From Nageia nagi (Eukaryota > Plantae > Pinophyta): a stretch of 64,000 nt of DNA. Within the stretch, counting starts at the first letter, position 1. Each line of letters opens with the position of its first letter. This document shows positions 49,912 to 64,000 of the stretch, one piece after another. Below the pieces are notes generated by a model, which was given only the letters and a program-made list of their open reading frames with translations, searched no databases and was not told the DNA's origin. The stretch is from contig JBITNC010000002.1 in assembly GCA_050084985.1 (NCBI GenBank), positions 37,820,001 through 37,884,000 on the forward strand, given 5' to 3'. A program made the position numbers and the translations under genes.

Positions 49912-52900
49912 TGTTAGAGTATTAAGTTCACTTAGGAGTATTTTCATTTATTTCCTAGGTTTTTTATTCTCTACCTAGTTTGTTGTGGTGATGACCACTT
50001 CCTTCTCATTTTGTGCATTTTTACATTCCCACATGGTTGGCATGCTAGTTTGTATTTGCCCTATTTATTTGGACTCCATTCTCATTTCATAAGAATTTAG
50101 TTTTGAGGATTTTAGCTTCATTTCCTATTTGTGGTGCTCTTGCATTTCCTATTTTTAGGTGTGATTTGCTTTCCTTGCAAATCTTCACATGGTACCAGAG
50201 CAGGTTGGATTTTTGCAAGCATCCAAACTCTTCGTGGAGTTTTCTTAGATTTGATTCTTTTGTTGGGTTGTGCAATTTTTTCTTAGATTGCACTCTTTCT
50301 ACCCACTTTGTTTTCTATATATAGTGTGCTTTATTTTTCTTCTTCGCTAAGAGCTACCTATTTGGTCATTTCCTTGTGTGCATCCATGTTGTTTGGAAAT
50401 TGCCCTCCTCTACATTTCTTTTGATGAGAGCATTGGTAGTCCCCATAATATCCATGCACTTGACTCATGCATAATAGACATGATTTGGTATTCCCTCACA
50501 TTATACCTTACATGATGTATCTTCCTTCCTCTTATGACATCTATGATCTCTACTCTAGCTCTATTCTCCTTATTAGTGGTTGTAGCCTCTCTATTGGTCC
50601 TGATATTGGCCCTCTCCTTAGTTCCTATTTTGCTAGTGACTCTCTTGGCTTCTCATAGGCTCTCCCTCCTTATGTTTGGTGCCATTTCATGCATACAATT
50701 CTTTCTAATGGGTTTGGTTGTTTATTCCTCACCATCTTAATCCTACATGTGGTGACCTCCTGCTAGATTAGCAGTGATTTTTGGATCCTCCCTTGCTACT
50801 CCAATGCATGACTCTCCTTGATTGGTATTTTTTGTAACATTGGCTATGTTTCCACTCAACTTGTGAGGCTCCTTCATTGTCTTCCAGTAATCTGGGCATC
50901 TCTTTTTTGGCTCTAGCTCTTGGACTCTAAAAATTGTAGTCTGTAGCTCATTGCTTAGTATCTCTACTCCACCACGAATCATCTCCTCATGCTCAACTCA
51001 ATCTGCAAGTCTAAATTACATTTTTTTGGATTCCCTATAGTTTCATTCAAAAATAAAAAAATATTTAATTTTCTAATTTTTTAAATTAGAAAAATAACTT
51101 CTATTTTTTAATAGTTTTAGGGCCCATTTAAATTAAATATAGAGGAATCACATTTAAATGCATAGCTTGGGAAAATGCACTTCATTTGGGGTGTCATTTT
51201 TTGCATTATAAAGCTAGAGAATAGATCTTTTAGACTATTTATATTGTAAGCCTTGAAGGCAAGTTCTTTGGGGTGGATCATTTGAAAGTGAATAAAATTT
51301 GGGTGGGGTCTTCTTGTGTTGGGTGTTGATTTTTGCACCTCTTGTTGCTTGGCTCCTTAGTCTATTTGGTGTTTTGAGATGGAGCATTATTTATTTAAAA
51401 TTGAACCTCTCACACCTCATAACTATCACACTTGGAAACCATATATGTTGAAAATATTGGCATAAAGAGGACGAAACACACTCATTAAGGAGCAAAAATT
51501 CACATTCAAATTTGATTATGAAATTTGGTAATTCAAAAAGGCAATTGGTGAAGCATTTAGGCTAATAAAATCAATTGTTAGTGAGAGTTTATGGTTTCAT
51601 CTTGATAGCATAACCACACCACATAAAGCATGGGATAAATTGGAATCTTTGTTTAGTAAAGTTGACACAATGAGGGTCATGCAAATTGATGTTCAACTTA
51701 CTACTTTGTCTCTTAATGACTATCCCACCATGGTTGATTATCTCACTAAATTTAAGGATTTGTGATCACAATTGTTGGGTAGTGGTAAAAAGAAGAAAGA
51801 GAATGAATGCATTTATTTTATTCTATCAAAATTGAAGGTCCCATTTTATGTATTTGCTTCTACATTCCTCTCTACAAAGGATGCTATGGGTGATAAATTC
51901 ACAATGCCTAAGTTAGAAGAATTTTGTGAGCGTCTTATAAGGGAAGAAACTAAAATTTCAACTCTTGATGCATCTTCATCTTCATCTAAGGCATTGACAA
52001 CATCTAAAGGTAAAGAATAGCTCAAGCCTAAGCCTAAGACCACTACTCCATAGCCAGCTCCTAAGGTCCCTAACTCTAAATCCACTCTAAAAAAGGAGAA
52101 GCCTACTTGTTCTTATTGTGGGAAGCTTGGACATGTCATTGAAAAATGTTATAAAAAGATGAAAGATGATAAAAAGAATAAAAAATTTGAATATTATCAT
52201 GTATCAAGAAAGGATTTGAATGCTCTTGGGAAGGGACATTCTATTTTAGAGATTTGGGTTATGGATTCAGGCACCTCTCATCACATGATTCCATCTAAGG
52301 AGTCTTTTCCATCTCTTTGTTCTACTTCCACTGCTAGCATTGAGGTTGGTGATTCCTCTCACATTTTTGTGAAGGGGAAAGTAGACATTCTTATTTTAGG
52401 TGGTTGCATCCTTGATGTGCTTTTGGTTCCTAATCTCTCTTCCAACCTTCTTTCTATTTATCAGATTTGTAATACTGGTGGTGGAAGGACTTTTATTCAT
52501 ACCTGATGATTTTGAGTTTCATACTTTGTAGGAGCCATATTCACTTTTTGCATGAGGTGATGTTGATCATTCCTTGAGGCTATATCAATTTAAGGAATTT
52601 GATGATGTTGATTCAGGTACTAGGTTGGTTTCCTATGTAGATTCTATGAGTAGACTTTGGCATAAGATGTTTGGGCACCTCAACTATAGATATTTGTAAG
52701 AGTTACATTCTCATGATAGGGTCATTGGATTGCTTAAGTTGTCTTGTTATGATGGTGTTTACCTTGGTTATTCCCTTCAAAAATAACATCAATACCCTTT
52801 TCCTAATGGTAAAGCTAATCATGCATCTTCTCTCGTAGAGTTGGTACATAATGACTTAATGATCTTTCCACACCCATCCTTCACTAGAGCTTACCATGCA

Positions 52901-55765
52901 CTGACTTGCATTGATGATTTCTCAAGACATACTTGGGTGTATTTTCTCAAGTACAAGAGTGATGTATTTGCTCATTTCAAAGTCTTCAAGGCTTTGGTTG
53001 AGAATCAATCTTCTAGTTGCATCAAGAATCTTCATATAAATAATGGGGGGAGTACTTTAGCACAAAGTTTTTAGAGTTATTTGAGAAGCATGGTATAATT
53101 CATCAACATTCAATTCCTCACACTCCATAATAGAATAGAGTTATAGAAAGGAAGAACATAACACTAAAGGAGATGGATAGTTGTATGATGCATTCTCGAG
53201 ACTTGCCTCCTATCTTTTGGGCTAAGGCAGTCAATTATGCAAACTACATTCAAAATCACACTCCTCATCAGGCACTTGATCATATGACTCCTGAAGAGGC
53301 TTGGAGTGGAACCAAACCTGATGTGTCATGCTTTAGAGTGTTTGGTATTCTTGCTTGGGCCTTTATTTTAAAAACCAAGCATAAGGCCTTATAAAAGAAG
53401 AGAAAGTCTCCCATTTTTATTGGCTATAATGAGGATATGAAGGCGTATCAATTGATTGATCCTGATACTCATGATATTATCTTTTACACTTATGTTCAGT
53501 TCGATGAGCACCTTCCTAATTCTCCCTCTTCATCTCCTTGCTTGGTGTTACCTAACTTGTATGACACATATTCTAAGGTCTTTCATGGGGAGGATATTCT
53601 TGATGTTGTTTCCCCCACACCAACTATTTATCCTCCACCATCTATAGTTTTTGCTACTCTTCCTATTGATGTTGCATCTTCTTCCATTGCTGGTATTTGC
53701 ATGCCCAAATGGGCTCACTCTACACTTAAAATGCAACACCTTTCATTAAGGATCTCCCACCTTCCCATTGCTATTCCATTGATTTCAATCTTGTTGGTCA
53801 GGCATAGTGAGGTGATCCACATAATTTTTTAGAGGCTCACGATATAACAAAGTGGGATGATGCTATGATGATTGAGTATTCTTTGTTGCTGAAGAATAAT
53901 ACTTGGGAGCTTATTTCTCTTCACCATGGGAGGAAGTTGGTTCAATGTAAATGGGTGTACTGAACCAAGTATGTAGCTAATGGTTCCATTGACAAGTATA
54001 AGGCTCATCTTATTTCCAATGGGTTCTCATAGATTGAAGGGATTGATTATTCTGAGACCTTTGCTCTTGTGGCCAAGATGGATTCAATTTACCTTATACT
54101 TTCTCTTGCTACTTCTTAGGGATGGTTAATTTTTTAGATGGATGTGAAAAAAACTTTTCAACATGGTGATTTGTATGAGGAGATCTATATGGAGCAGCTT
54201 GCTAGTTTTGTTAAGGATTCTTCACTTATTTATAGGCTTAAGAGATCTCTCTATGGCCTCAAACAAGCTCCTCAGGCATGGTATGAGAAGATGGATTCTT
54301 TTCTCCTCTTCATTGATTTTTTATTGATACTCTAACTGTACAATCTATATCTAGATACATGGAGTAGATACCACTATCTTGGTGTTGTATGTTGATGATC
54401 TTCTTCTCAGTAGCACCTCCTACTCTCACTAGCACCTCCTGCTCTCACATTCAAATAGTTCAACAGTTTCTCTCTAAGAGATTTGAGATGGAAAATCTTG
54501 GACTTTCCCACTACTTTCTTGGGTTTTAGGTGACATAGATAGATTTAGGGATTTCCATTTCTTAGCATAAGTATTCCTTGGATCTTCTTATGTGGTTTAG
54601 GATGTCAGATTGTAATCCTTCTTTGAAACCTTTTTAGAGTGGGGTGACTTTGACTTCCTCTTACACTTCACTGATATGTGATGCTACTTTGTATCACCAG
54701 TTGGTTGAGAGTATTCTATATCTCACTCATACTTGACCAAATATTTCATATGCTATTGGGCTTGTTTCATGATTTGCATAGACCCCTCATGAGTCTCATT
54801 AGCAGAAAATTAAGAGGATTATTTGATATGTGAGGGACATTACCCACTTTGATCTACATTACATGAGAGGTGATCTAGTATTGAGTGTATATACAGATTT
54901 TGATTGGGCTAATTCTTCTGATCATCATTCCACTTCTAGCTATGTCTTTTATCTTGGTACTTCTCCCATCGCTTGGTCATGCAAGAAGTAGAAAGCTATT
55001 GCACTATCATTGATTAAGGCAGAGTATAGAGTAGTTATTTATGTGAGTTAGGAGGTAATTTGGCTTCAAAAGTTATTATAGGAGTTTGGCTACCCCTATT
55101 CTAGGACCATAGTTTTTTGGTGTGACAATCAAAGTGTGATTCACATTTTGCGCAATCCTGTTGAGCATCAATGCACCAAACACATTGAGGTCCACATGCA
55201 CTCCATTCATTAGCATATTTAGGATCACATTATCAACTTGGAGTACATTCCTATAGAGTAGAAGATCATATAAATCTTCACTAAGTCCTTTGCATCGCCT
55301 CATTTCCTTTAGCTATGTGGTTTGCTAGGGATGAAGGAAGTTGTCCTTGGGTGGTTTTTTCATCATATTTCAGTAGATTATTTGCACATATTGTACATGA
55401 CTACCTGATCAAGCCTTGTTGCTGGGACTCATTTTTTTGGATATGCCACTTTATCTCCTTGTTCACTTAAGGGGGGTTGTTAGAGTATTAATTTCACTTA
55501 GGAGTATTTTCATTTATTTACTAGGTTTTCTATTCTCTAGCTAGTTTGTTATGGTGATAACCACTTCCTTATTAGTTTGTGCATTTTTACATTCTTGCAT
55601 GGTTGGCATGCTGTTGTACATTAGTTTGTATTTTCCCTATTTATTTGGGCTCCATTCTCATTAAATAAGAATTCAATTTTGAGGATTCTAGCTTCATTTC
55701 TTGTTTGTGATGCTCTTGCATTTCCTTTTTTTGGGTGTGATTTGCTCTCCTTGCAAATCTTCACA
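49912..55765 (+). mobile_element. Decayed full-length Ty1/copia, nested insertion
   Basis: LTRs 49912-50189 and 55478-55765; PBS TGGTACCAGAGC at 50190-50201; PPT AAGGGGGG at 55469-55476; perfect TSD GAATG (49907-49911 / 55766-55770). Confidence 0.95.
51379..55350 (+). pseudogene. Decayed copia Gag-Pol
   Basis: IEPLTPHNYHTW (gag), CSYCGKLGHVIEKC, WVMDSGTSHHM (PR), IDDFSRHTWVYFLK (INT), LYGLKQAPQAW and YVDDLL (RT), CDNQSVI (RH). Many stops and frameshifts. Confidence 0.92.
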
Positions 55766-58700
55766 GAATGGAGTATGAATCTAGTGGATACAAAAGCCAT
55801 GGAATATCCAACCCCTTTCAACAAGATGATGATCAGGAGAGACTCTGGCATATTTATTTTTATTTTGCAATTTAAATTATGTATTTTATTTTCAATTGGG
55901 TTTTATTTCAAATTTTTGTTTGGTATGTTTTTATTGTTTTAAAATTTTTATTTACAATTTATTTTACATGTTTTTCTTTTCTAGGCTTTTTACATTTTTT
56001 ATTTTATTGTAATAGATTCATAATTTTTAATATTAACCCCCCACTATTAGAAAATTGAAAACATCGTTGCAAAAATGAATTGATACTTATGGATTTGCCA
56101 TGATCTGCAAATATTTTTATTTATTTTGCAAATCTATTTGTAGAAAATTTGTTGATGCATGTGTGGTTGGACTATTTTTTTTTCTCTAGAAAGAATATCT
56201 TCTAAAATGTATTACTTTTGGTTGTTCTTTCAATAACAGTCCAAAAATACTTTTTTTCCCAAGATCTTGGGCTTTAATTTTTCCAGGTTAATCATCTTGA
56301 TTATTGACCATATTTGGTATAATAATGGAGCTAAATATTATATTTTTTATGGAACTTTTTATATCTCTCCAAGTGCTATAGTGATTTTAATATCATTTTC
56401 ACAAAATTGCACTTTACTTTATTTGATTGTCTCAAATTTCATAACAGTAAAAAATGACAAGTTAGGATTTTTAAACCTCTGGTTTATATGGTTTTTCTTG
56501 ATGGAATTAAATGCAATTTATTATTTGAATAGGTTTACATTTTTCATGTTCAAGGGTTCCTAATTAAGCTCATTTGGATTTATGGTCTTCATGATATTCA
56601 ACCTAAGAAAAGGTAATTTATGCTTTTTGGTAAATGCATAACTTTCTGTATAATAGAATATTTTGTCACAAAAATAAATATAAAATGATATGATTTTTAA
56701 AAAATATTTATTGGGTAAATATATCTCTTTTTATATAAAATTACTGAATTTGAATCAATTGATTTGGACATCAAACAAAAAAAAATGTTAAAAATACTAA
56801 CTAGGGGTCTAAACTAGAAAATGCAAAAATTATGTATAACATAATTTTCTATCTTAAATTTTGAGTACCAAATGAATTTTATTTTTCAAAATTGTTTATA
56901 TGGGAGATATCCCTCTATGTATATTCCATCCTAAAATTTTAATCATGTCATTTCATTACTAGATGAAGGAGACATGACCAAAATAGTGACTAGTTATCCA
57001 AGTCACAAAATATAAAACCAACAATGCAGTTAACTGTTGCATAGCAGATTTGAAGCATCAAATGGTTATTTTAATTAGTTATGTTCATATGGAATATATT
57101 ACTATGAGTTTATTTTCATGTACAATTGGAATTTTATAAACTTTGTTGCAAAATGAAGGAATTATACATGAAATAGTAACAAAGGATCTATAATAAAAAT
57201 GATAGAATTAGTTATAGAAAATGTTGTTTCAAGAGATATTTGAAGAACCAATTGCAAGATTAAAGAAATAAAATTTTTGTGTAATATACATGTCAAAATA
57301 TTCTCCCTAAATAATTTTACATTCCATTATTGTGATATGGAAAATAAAAGATATTATCATAATCGTATGTTTTTTTTCTAGAGATTGCAAATTGTGAAAC
57401 ATGCAAACATTAAGTCATTTTGATTGCAAACTTGTTGTCTGAACCAAATGGTTAGAATATTTTTGTTTACAATATGAATATTTATTGAATTATATTTTCC
57501 AAAATATTTTAAATCATACCATTTTAACTTTATATGGAAAGTTATGGCTTTTACACTACCACTTGGTCTAGGTTGTTTTGTTGGCCAAGTCATCCATAAT
57601 AGAAATTTTTGTAGTAGATTGGTTTAATTTGAGGGATTATTTTCAAGTTGAATCTAATAAATAAGAAATCATTCAAAATTTAACTTCAAATATTTTGTTT
57701 TAGCTTGATCTCATAATTCTATGAAAGAGTTATGGTTAATGGAGAAATTTATTTTTCTAGAGTTTGTAACTTTGGGAAAGCATGTTATTTATTAAATTAA
57801 CTATGATATTGGATGAGAAAGATAAACATTTTGCAAAATTTTATTTACGAACAATAATTACAAATCATCTCATTAACTCATAAGTATTGTAGCATAAATT
57901 GCAATTCATCACTCTTCACAATTTTAGCATATACGATACTTCACAAAAGCCTTTCAAAAACAACAACAAAAAGGATATTATTTCATTTCTTTTCATGCAT
58001 TGAATTATTTATACAAGTTATTATTAATACATGTTTCTAATGCTTCTTGAAGGTTGCATTTATAAGAATTGATTTGAATTCTATAAGGTTACTCTTACAA
58101 AATATGATTATCTTGCAAGTATCATAACTTGGATGAATAGTGTATATATTTTTACTGCAATGATGATTTTCATAGCATGATTATTTTTAGAATAGGTGAA
58201 TAAAAATGTGTTTATAGCTCTTATTAGAAATTTATCTTTCTTAATTGCTTCACCTCCATCCACACATTCACATTGCTATCATTTATACCACTTTATAGTT
58301 TTCTCACCGCCATTTGAACCTCCACCATTCCACCATCTATACTAATTTCAATTTATTCACTCCACACCCCAATTCCACTTACTCATAATCCATATTATAT
58401 CATTAAATTAATCTCATACCATTTTCAATAACTTCTACATCTATTCATAGCCACCATTATAATTTGAATGTTGCTCACATGAGCAACTACAATAATTGCC
58501 CATGGCTAGAGGAGGAATTCTATGTTATAGAGATGGAGATCACTCTATGAGAAATTGTTGAGATGTATAGTTGCAAGTATGAAAAAAAAAGAGTGAAAAA
58601 GTAAAAAAAAAAAAAAAAGGATAAAGGGTTGATAAAGATAAGAGGTACTACTCAACAACATTTACTGTTTTATATCTTAGCAAATAGATATGAAACACTT

Positions 58701-59539
58701 ATCTACTTTAGCACTTTTCACTCCACCAAATTGTAGCTTTTAGGATTTCCATGATTTCTAGTGTGAATATTACATTGTCATAATATGATTCTTATTGTGA
58801 GTCTTCATGTATTGATAGATATTCTATTATGATTAATGGTTTAGTTTTTAGTTCCACCTAGTTTCCATTGTTACTTGAGTCTTCTCCATCATGTCATCAT
58901 CATTAGGTGTTGAAATAAGAGTACAATGGTATTTATATGTACAAAAAAAAAAGAGAGAGAGAGAGTCATTACCTACCATAAATTTCTAGTTTTCAAGTCA
59001 TTTTAGAGTCTTGTGTTCAAAGTCATAAGGTCTATCCTTAGGTTTTTTTTTTTTTTTTTTTTAAAATTCATGGATGAAAACCCTTTTAGGAATCCACAAA
59101 CAAGGGTATGATCAAATTTTTTTTTTGGTAATTGTATTCCCTGAAAAAAATAAAAAAAAAGGAAAAGAAAGAAAGAAAAGGATTTGTAGCCAATAACAAA
59201 GTCAAGTTCTATTGAATGATGCATAGATCATTCCTTCTCTCATACTATTTTTGTTTCATTGTGGGACTAGTGACATCTTGGTTGGGGGGAGAATACTATA
59301 TGTACTTATCATTACACTATTACTAATTCTATACAAGGAATTTTGGTTACTTATGTGCACTATAATAAGGAGACACATAGAAGCCAAAGTTGGATTGAGG
59401 GACCCAAATTTTGGAGAGTTTCTAGCTTACCCTTAAGCTAGTAAACTTTCCTATTCACTTCAATAAAATTGCTCCATTTCAGAAAAGTATTGTAAGTTGA
59501 ATATTGGTAATATTCTTATAGTTATTAATCCAATCACAT

Positions 59540-59860
59540 GGGTTATTTCTATAGATCTACTACAAGAACTTCTGTAGGTTTATTATAGGAGCTCCTGCAA
59601 ATCTATTACAAGAGCTTCTATAGGTCTGTTATAGGGGCTTCTACAGCTTTGTTACAAGCAATATTGCAAAACTGTTATAAGAGCTTATGTAGGTTTGTTA
59701 TAGGGATTTCTACAAAACTATTACAAAAGCTTCTATAACTCTGTTAAAAGGGCTTGTACAGAACTATTATAGGAGCATATGCAAATCCATCACAAGAGAT
59801 TTTGTAGATCTATTATAAGAATTTCTATGGACCTATTACAAGAGATTCTATAGATCTATT
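59540..59860. repeat. 23-bp minisatellite, ~14 degenerate copies, just upstream of the PPT
   Basis: TTA(C/T)A(A/G)GAGCTTCT(A/G)(C/T)A...T(A/G) with period 23 (59561, 59584, 59607...). Confidence 0.8.
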
Positions 59861-62301
59861 TTCTACATGAAAATAATTACATTAGTTAATAAAAACATAA
59901 TGGAGGATTACAGGACAATATAGTGAAGCACTAAGTTGAAAACCCTTATGGGTAGCTTGATGATGTAGTTATAATATAATAAAGAAGATATTCAAAAGCA
60001 TTAGATTTCATGAAAGACAACATCAAAGGATATCTTGAAGGTAGAAAACCCTTGTTGCTGAAGGGACCAACAACATCTTCAAGAGGAGGTAGATGATGAG
60101 TCCTATTTTTGGCCTCATCAATGAACATTAAAGAGTTTTATTTGCAACATTATGAGTGTGTATTGTGATATTTACTTGCATTATTGATATTATGTGAATA
60201 ATAAATAAAAGAGTAATTAAGGACTTAAGAATTAATTTTAAGGACTTAATTAACTCCAAAATAAAACATAAAGGATAAAGAAGTCTAAGGTTATTTCTTT
60301 GTAGTTTATAGTCCGCTACAAGAATCTGCTACAAGAGAATATACAATTTACTTTAAGAGTGTTTACAATTGATTATAGGAACATTTGTAGAAATAATGAT
60401 TACAGGAACATCTACAAATATAGTGTTTACAAGAATGACTATAGAATGCAATGATTACAATAGCAACTATAGAATATATTGATTATAGGAACATGTCTAT
60501 AGGAGCAGATTCAGGAAAAATAAAACTCAACCTATTAAGCATTCATCCAATTACAAGGTCAACTATGGAATCAATTGTGGAGTCAATATTCCTTTTGCTA
60601 TTTTGTAATAAGTGCATTATGGGTTATCATAACCATAAAAGATATTCTTGCTTGGAATTAGACACCAAGAATATTAGATGGTAATTGAATACAAACATAT
60701 GCCTTTATTTTAGGGCATTAGATATTTATTTAGTATTTGGGATAACAAAAAATAGGGTAATAATAGAAATAGTTATATTTTAGAATAAAATATACTCCTT
60801 TCTCCCATTCATGGAGAAGATGAGAATAAGGAGGAAGAAGAGAAGGAGGATGCAAGAGAAAAATGTATTATGTATTCCATTTATAAAATGAAATTACTTT
60901 CATCTCCATTTGTTCTAGTTCTTTCTTGAGTTATTGGAAAGGGGATGGTGATCTACTCTTAATGCAACAAGGAAGGATCCTCTTATTTGTATAAAGAGGA
61001 AGGATCCATCACCCATTAGCTAGATATAGAGTAGGTTTCTTTTATACAATTTTATGCTTTTTGTAGAATTGGATCTCTTTGTAAATGGGTGTATACAACA
61101 CAAGCTTTAGCAGAAAATCTCTACAATCTTGGATTGATATTAGAAGTAGATTTTATCTTGATGAAAAGTGCAAAATTGGAATCTCGACATATTGATCATT
61201 CCTAAGAGTCAAAAACAATGAGATGTTCATTAGGAGATCTTAATTACACACCATAAAAAATCTCATAAATAATGATAATTTTTCTTCTCTCTCAAGAAAG
61301 GAGTTGATGGATGAGATATAGGAATAATTAGACATAATATACTAGTATGAAATATCATATATATTTCCACCAAATATCATCTACACATTAGACATCAATA
61401 TAAAATTCCATACACATGTAAATATTAAAAAAATTACCATAAAATCTTAAAACCATTATTTTATTATAATTACAAACTTGATTTTTACCACCAAAAATCT
61501 TTGTATCCAACCATCTACCTTCTATTCAATATCCATGGGTGCTTACTTCCTTCTTCATGTTATTTCATACATACTCATGGGTGCTATACCAATTGATCCA
61601 CATGGATTAGTTTGGAGATTAGATATCTATAAGTGAAGATTATCACATTGGGGATATTCTTACTTAGAATTTGATATAGTACATTGATCTAGTGATATGT
61701 ATCTATGGGAGAAAAGTGTTGATGATGTACTGATAGATATTTCCACTTTGTTAATGTGATTAGATTGAGATTTTTGAAGTGAAATTTTAAGCAATTTAGG
61801 TCATTTTAGGTCATTGGTGGAAGTTGTATAGTCAATTTGCAATGAATATGTGTTAATTTGAAGTTATTTCCTCCAATAGTATTGACTATACATGTTGTTG
61901 ATTTTGGTTGAACCTATTAGGGATGTTCTTAAGCTTTTGTGATAATTGAAATAATCTAGAGACTGGTAGAATGGGTTGAGAAGTGATTGCAAATAGTAGG
62001 AGGATGAATTTTATGTTGTTGAAGATAGAAATACACCTTTTCTTTATTCTTGTAAATACTTCAAGATCCAATTTAAAGATCAAATCTCTTTTCAAACTGG
62101 ATATACCATCATATTGAGGTGAACCACTGTAAATTTGCATGTTAATTATGTACATGTAATTTCTCTTATTATTATTTCATTTTTAATTGATACTACATCA
62201 AATAATTTTATAATAAATAAAAGATTAAATTGTTAATAATGATTTAAATTTGTATTTGATGATCCTAGTAAGACATAGGCTTCAAGTGATTGTAGATCAT
62301 G

Positions 62302-64000
62302 TGATATTAGAGTGCTAGGTTGGTGTTTGTTTGAGGCTTATTTGTGTAGGGTAGAATATATAAAAGAACTAAGTTATTTCTATTAATCCAAAATTTGGAA
62401 GAAGGAAAAGAAATACTTTCATGGAAAGAGAAGAGGCAAAATAATCAAGACCAATAATGTATGATGAATATTTTGAAAGGAGATTCATTGTGATGGAGAA
62501 AAATATGGATCAACTCATGGATATGATGCTTAGAAGATAGTAAAACAAATAAAGAGCAAAGACCATCTATGAATGAGGAAATAAGTTCAGATAATGTTGG
62601 TCCTTATTTAGTCTCTTCTTTAGTTCCTTTTAGGCCAAGGTAGAAATCCCTACATTTAAAGGAGAAGTTGATGTTAAAAAGCTAAATAATTAGCTAAAAA
62701 AACTAGAGGTATATTTCCAAATACAAGGTGTTGTTAATGAAGAATAAAATGACATGCTTTAATTTGTTGGGAAATCCATATGAAAGCTCTTAAATATGAT
62801 AACCAATGATATATTTCTTCATGGGAGGAATTCAAGAATTTACTTAGAGGGAAATTATATCATTTAGGCCATCAAATAAATGACTCATGAAAGAGAAATT
62901 ATTTTATATAATAAAGAGGATAATTTTTGTAAGATTATATAATATAGTTTAGTGAACAAGCTACCTTGCTTGGAATATCTCTTAAAAATACACAAGTCTT
63001 GATGAAGTATGTTGGAGGATTACATAGTCACTTGAGAAGGAATATGATATTGTTTAATCCCTAAAATCTTCATCAAGTGAGTGTGTAATCTCAATATTTG
63101 GAAAAAATGGGAAATATAGGCAATATTTTGATAAATCCAATAAAAATTAGAATAAAAATAACAAGAGAATGGAAAATATCATGACAAAGGTAAGGGAAAG
63201 CAATAAGATAATATGACCATTAACACCACAAAGAAACAAGGTGATAAAATGCATTTTTCACATTATGACAAGGATGGTCATGTAGATGATAAGTGTTGGA
63301 AGCTTCATTTAGAATTGTATCCCTAAAATAAGAAGAAGAACCATGAAAAGAATAATGTTATGATTATCAAGAGTGAGGATGATAAGGATAGTTCTACTAT
63401 AGATGAGAAACTCATTTGTGTTGTAGTTCAAACAATTGGGGAATTAAAGGATGTAGAGGAGAAGAAGAAATAATTATTGAGAGCTTAGTGAGCAATTTGA
63501 TATTGAATACCTACAACCATCCTCATTCATATCCTTTGGGATGGGTGTACAATGATGCCAAGTTATAAGTCACTAAGAAATGTAAGTTGAAGTTTGATAT
63601 TAATGAAAAATTTATTGATGTGATACATTTGAATATATGTGGTATTATATTTGGTAATCCTTTGGATAAAGACTCCACTTACTTTAAAAGGAAGAATCAA
63701 TATAAGCTAATCAAATATGAAATATCCTATAGTATTTATACCCATCAAAGTAAAAAATTAATTCCATTAGTAATAGTCAACCAAGTGAAATATTTGATTA
63801 ATGTAAGTAATAAATTTATCCTATTGATGCTTGACCTTATAATAATAACTTTGCAAGCTAGATAATGTCAATTATGCACTCTACAACATCTACTCCATTG
63901 ATGCCATTAAGTTAGGATGATTAGGTAAAAATGCTTATTTAGGAGTTTTAGGAGGTGTCCGCTAAACCCAAAGGACTTCTACCAAAATTATGAATCCAAA
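62302..64000 (+). mobile_element. Decayed Ty3/gypsy 5' region (PBS, gag, protease), continuing beyond the window
   Basis: Degenerate PBS TGATATTAGAGT after ...GATCA; gag VEIPTFKGEVDVKKLNN*LKKLEVYF; zinc-knuckle remnant GHVDDKCWKLH; protease-region HPHSYPLGWV...CKLKFDINEKFID..LNICGIIFGNP. Confidence 0.8.

Larger units (their letters stand above)
48620..61210 (+). mobile_element. Large non-coding (LARD-like), possibly Athila-related LTR element, with a copia nested in or just after its 5' LTR
   Basis: ~1.1-kb direct repeats starting TGATGAGTCCTATTTTTG at 48620 and 60094, similar up to CCTAAGAGT (~49724/~61209). Purine tract AAGAGGAGGTAGA precedes the second copy. No coding remnants recognised in 55770-60090. 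An Athila-like motif GGGACTAGTG..TTGGTTGGGGGGAG lies at ~59263-59291. Confidence 0.7.

Overview
AT-rich, repeat-dominated plant nuclear DNA, probably from a gymnosperm (inferred from the style of the PLS-PPR and Gag motifs). It contains one intact host gene, an 8-coding-exon clade-F-type protein phosphatase 2C (26539-31615, +, 281 aa) downstream of a CpG-rich promoter-like island, and a decayed PPR-E-DYW pseudogene (7280-8165, -). The rest is largely nested LTR retrotransposons. The centrepiece is a very young, intact Ty1/copia element (11253-20118; 489-bp LTRs with one visible difference; single 1308-aa Gag-Pol). It carries unusual non-coding modules: a ~3-kb leader bounded by GT...AG splice signals ending 2 nt before the Gag ATG, a mosaic of short PPR-gene fragments and a nested fold-back domain inside that leader, and a 3' array of five 43-nt hairpin repeats with unique spacers and compensatory changes. 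Also present: two decayed relatives of this family sharing an LTR hairpin, a pol-less Ty3/gypsy element (34910-43398, -) with a tRNA-Trp-like PBS and an antisense spliced Plant Mobile Domain gene, a decayed copia nested in the LTR of a non-coding Athila-like element, and several tandem repeats. Everything was read by eye; no searches or folding programs were run.
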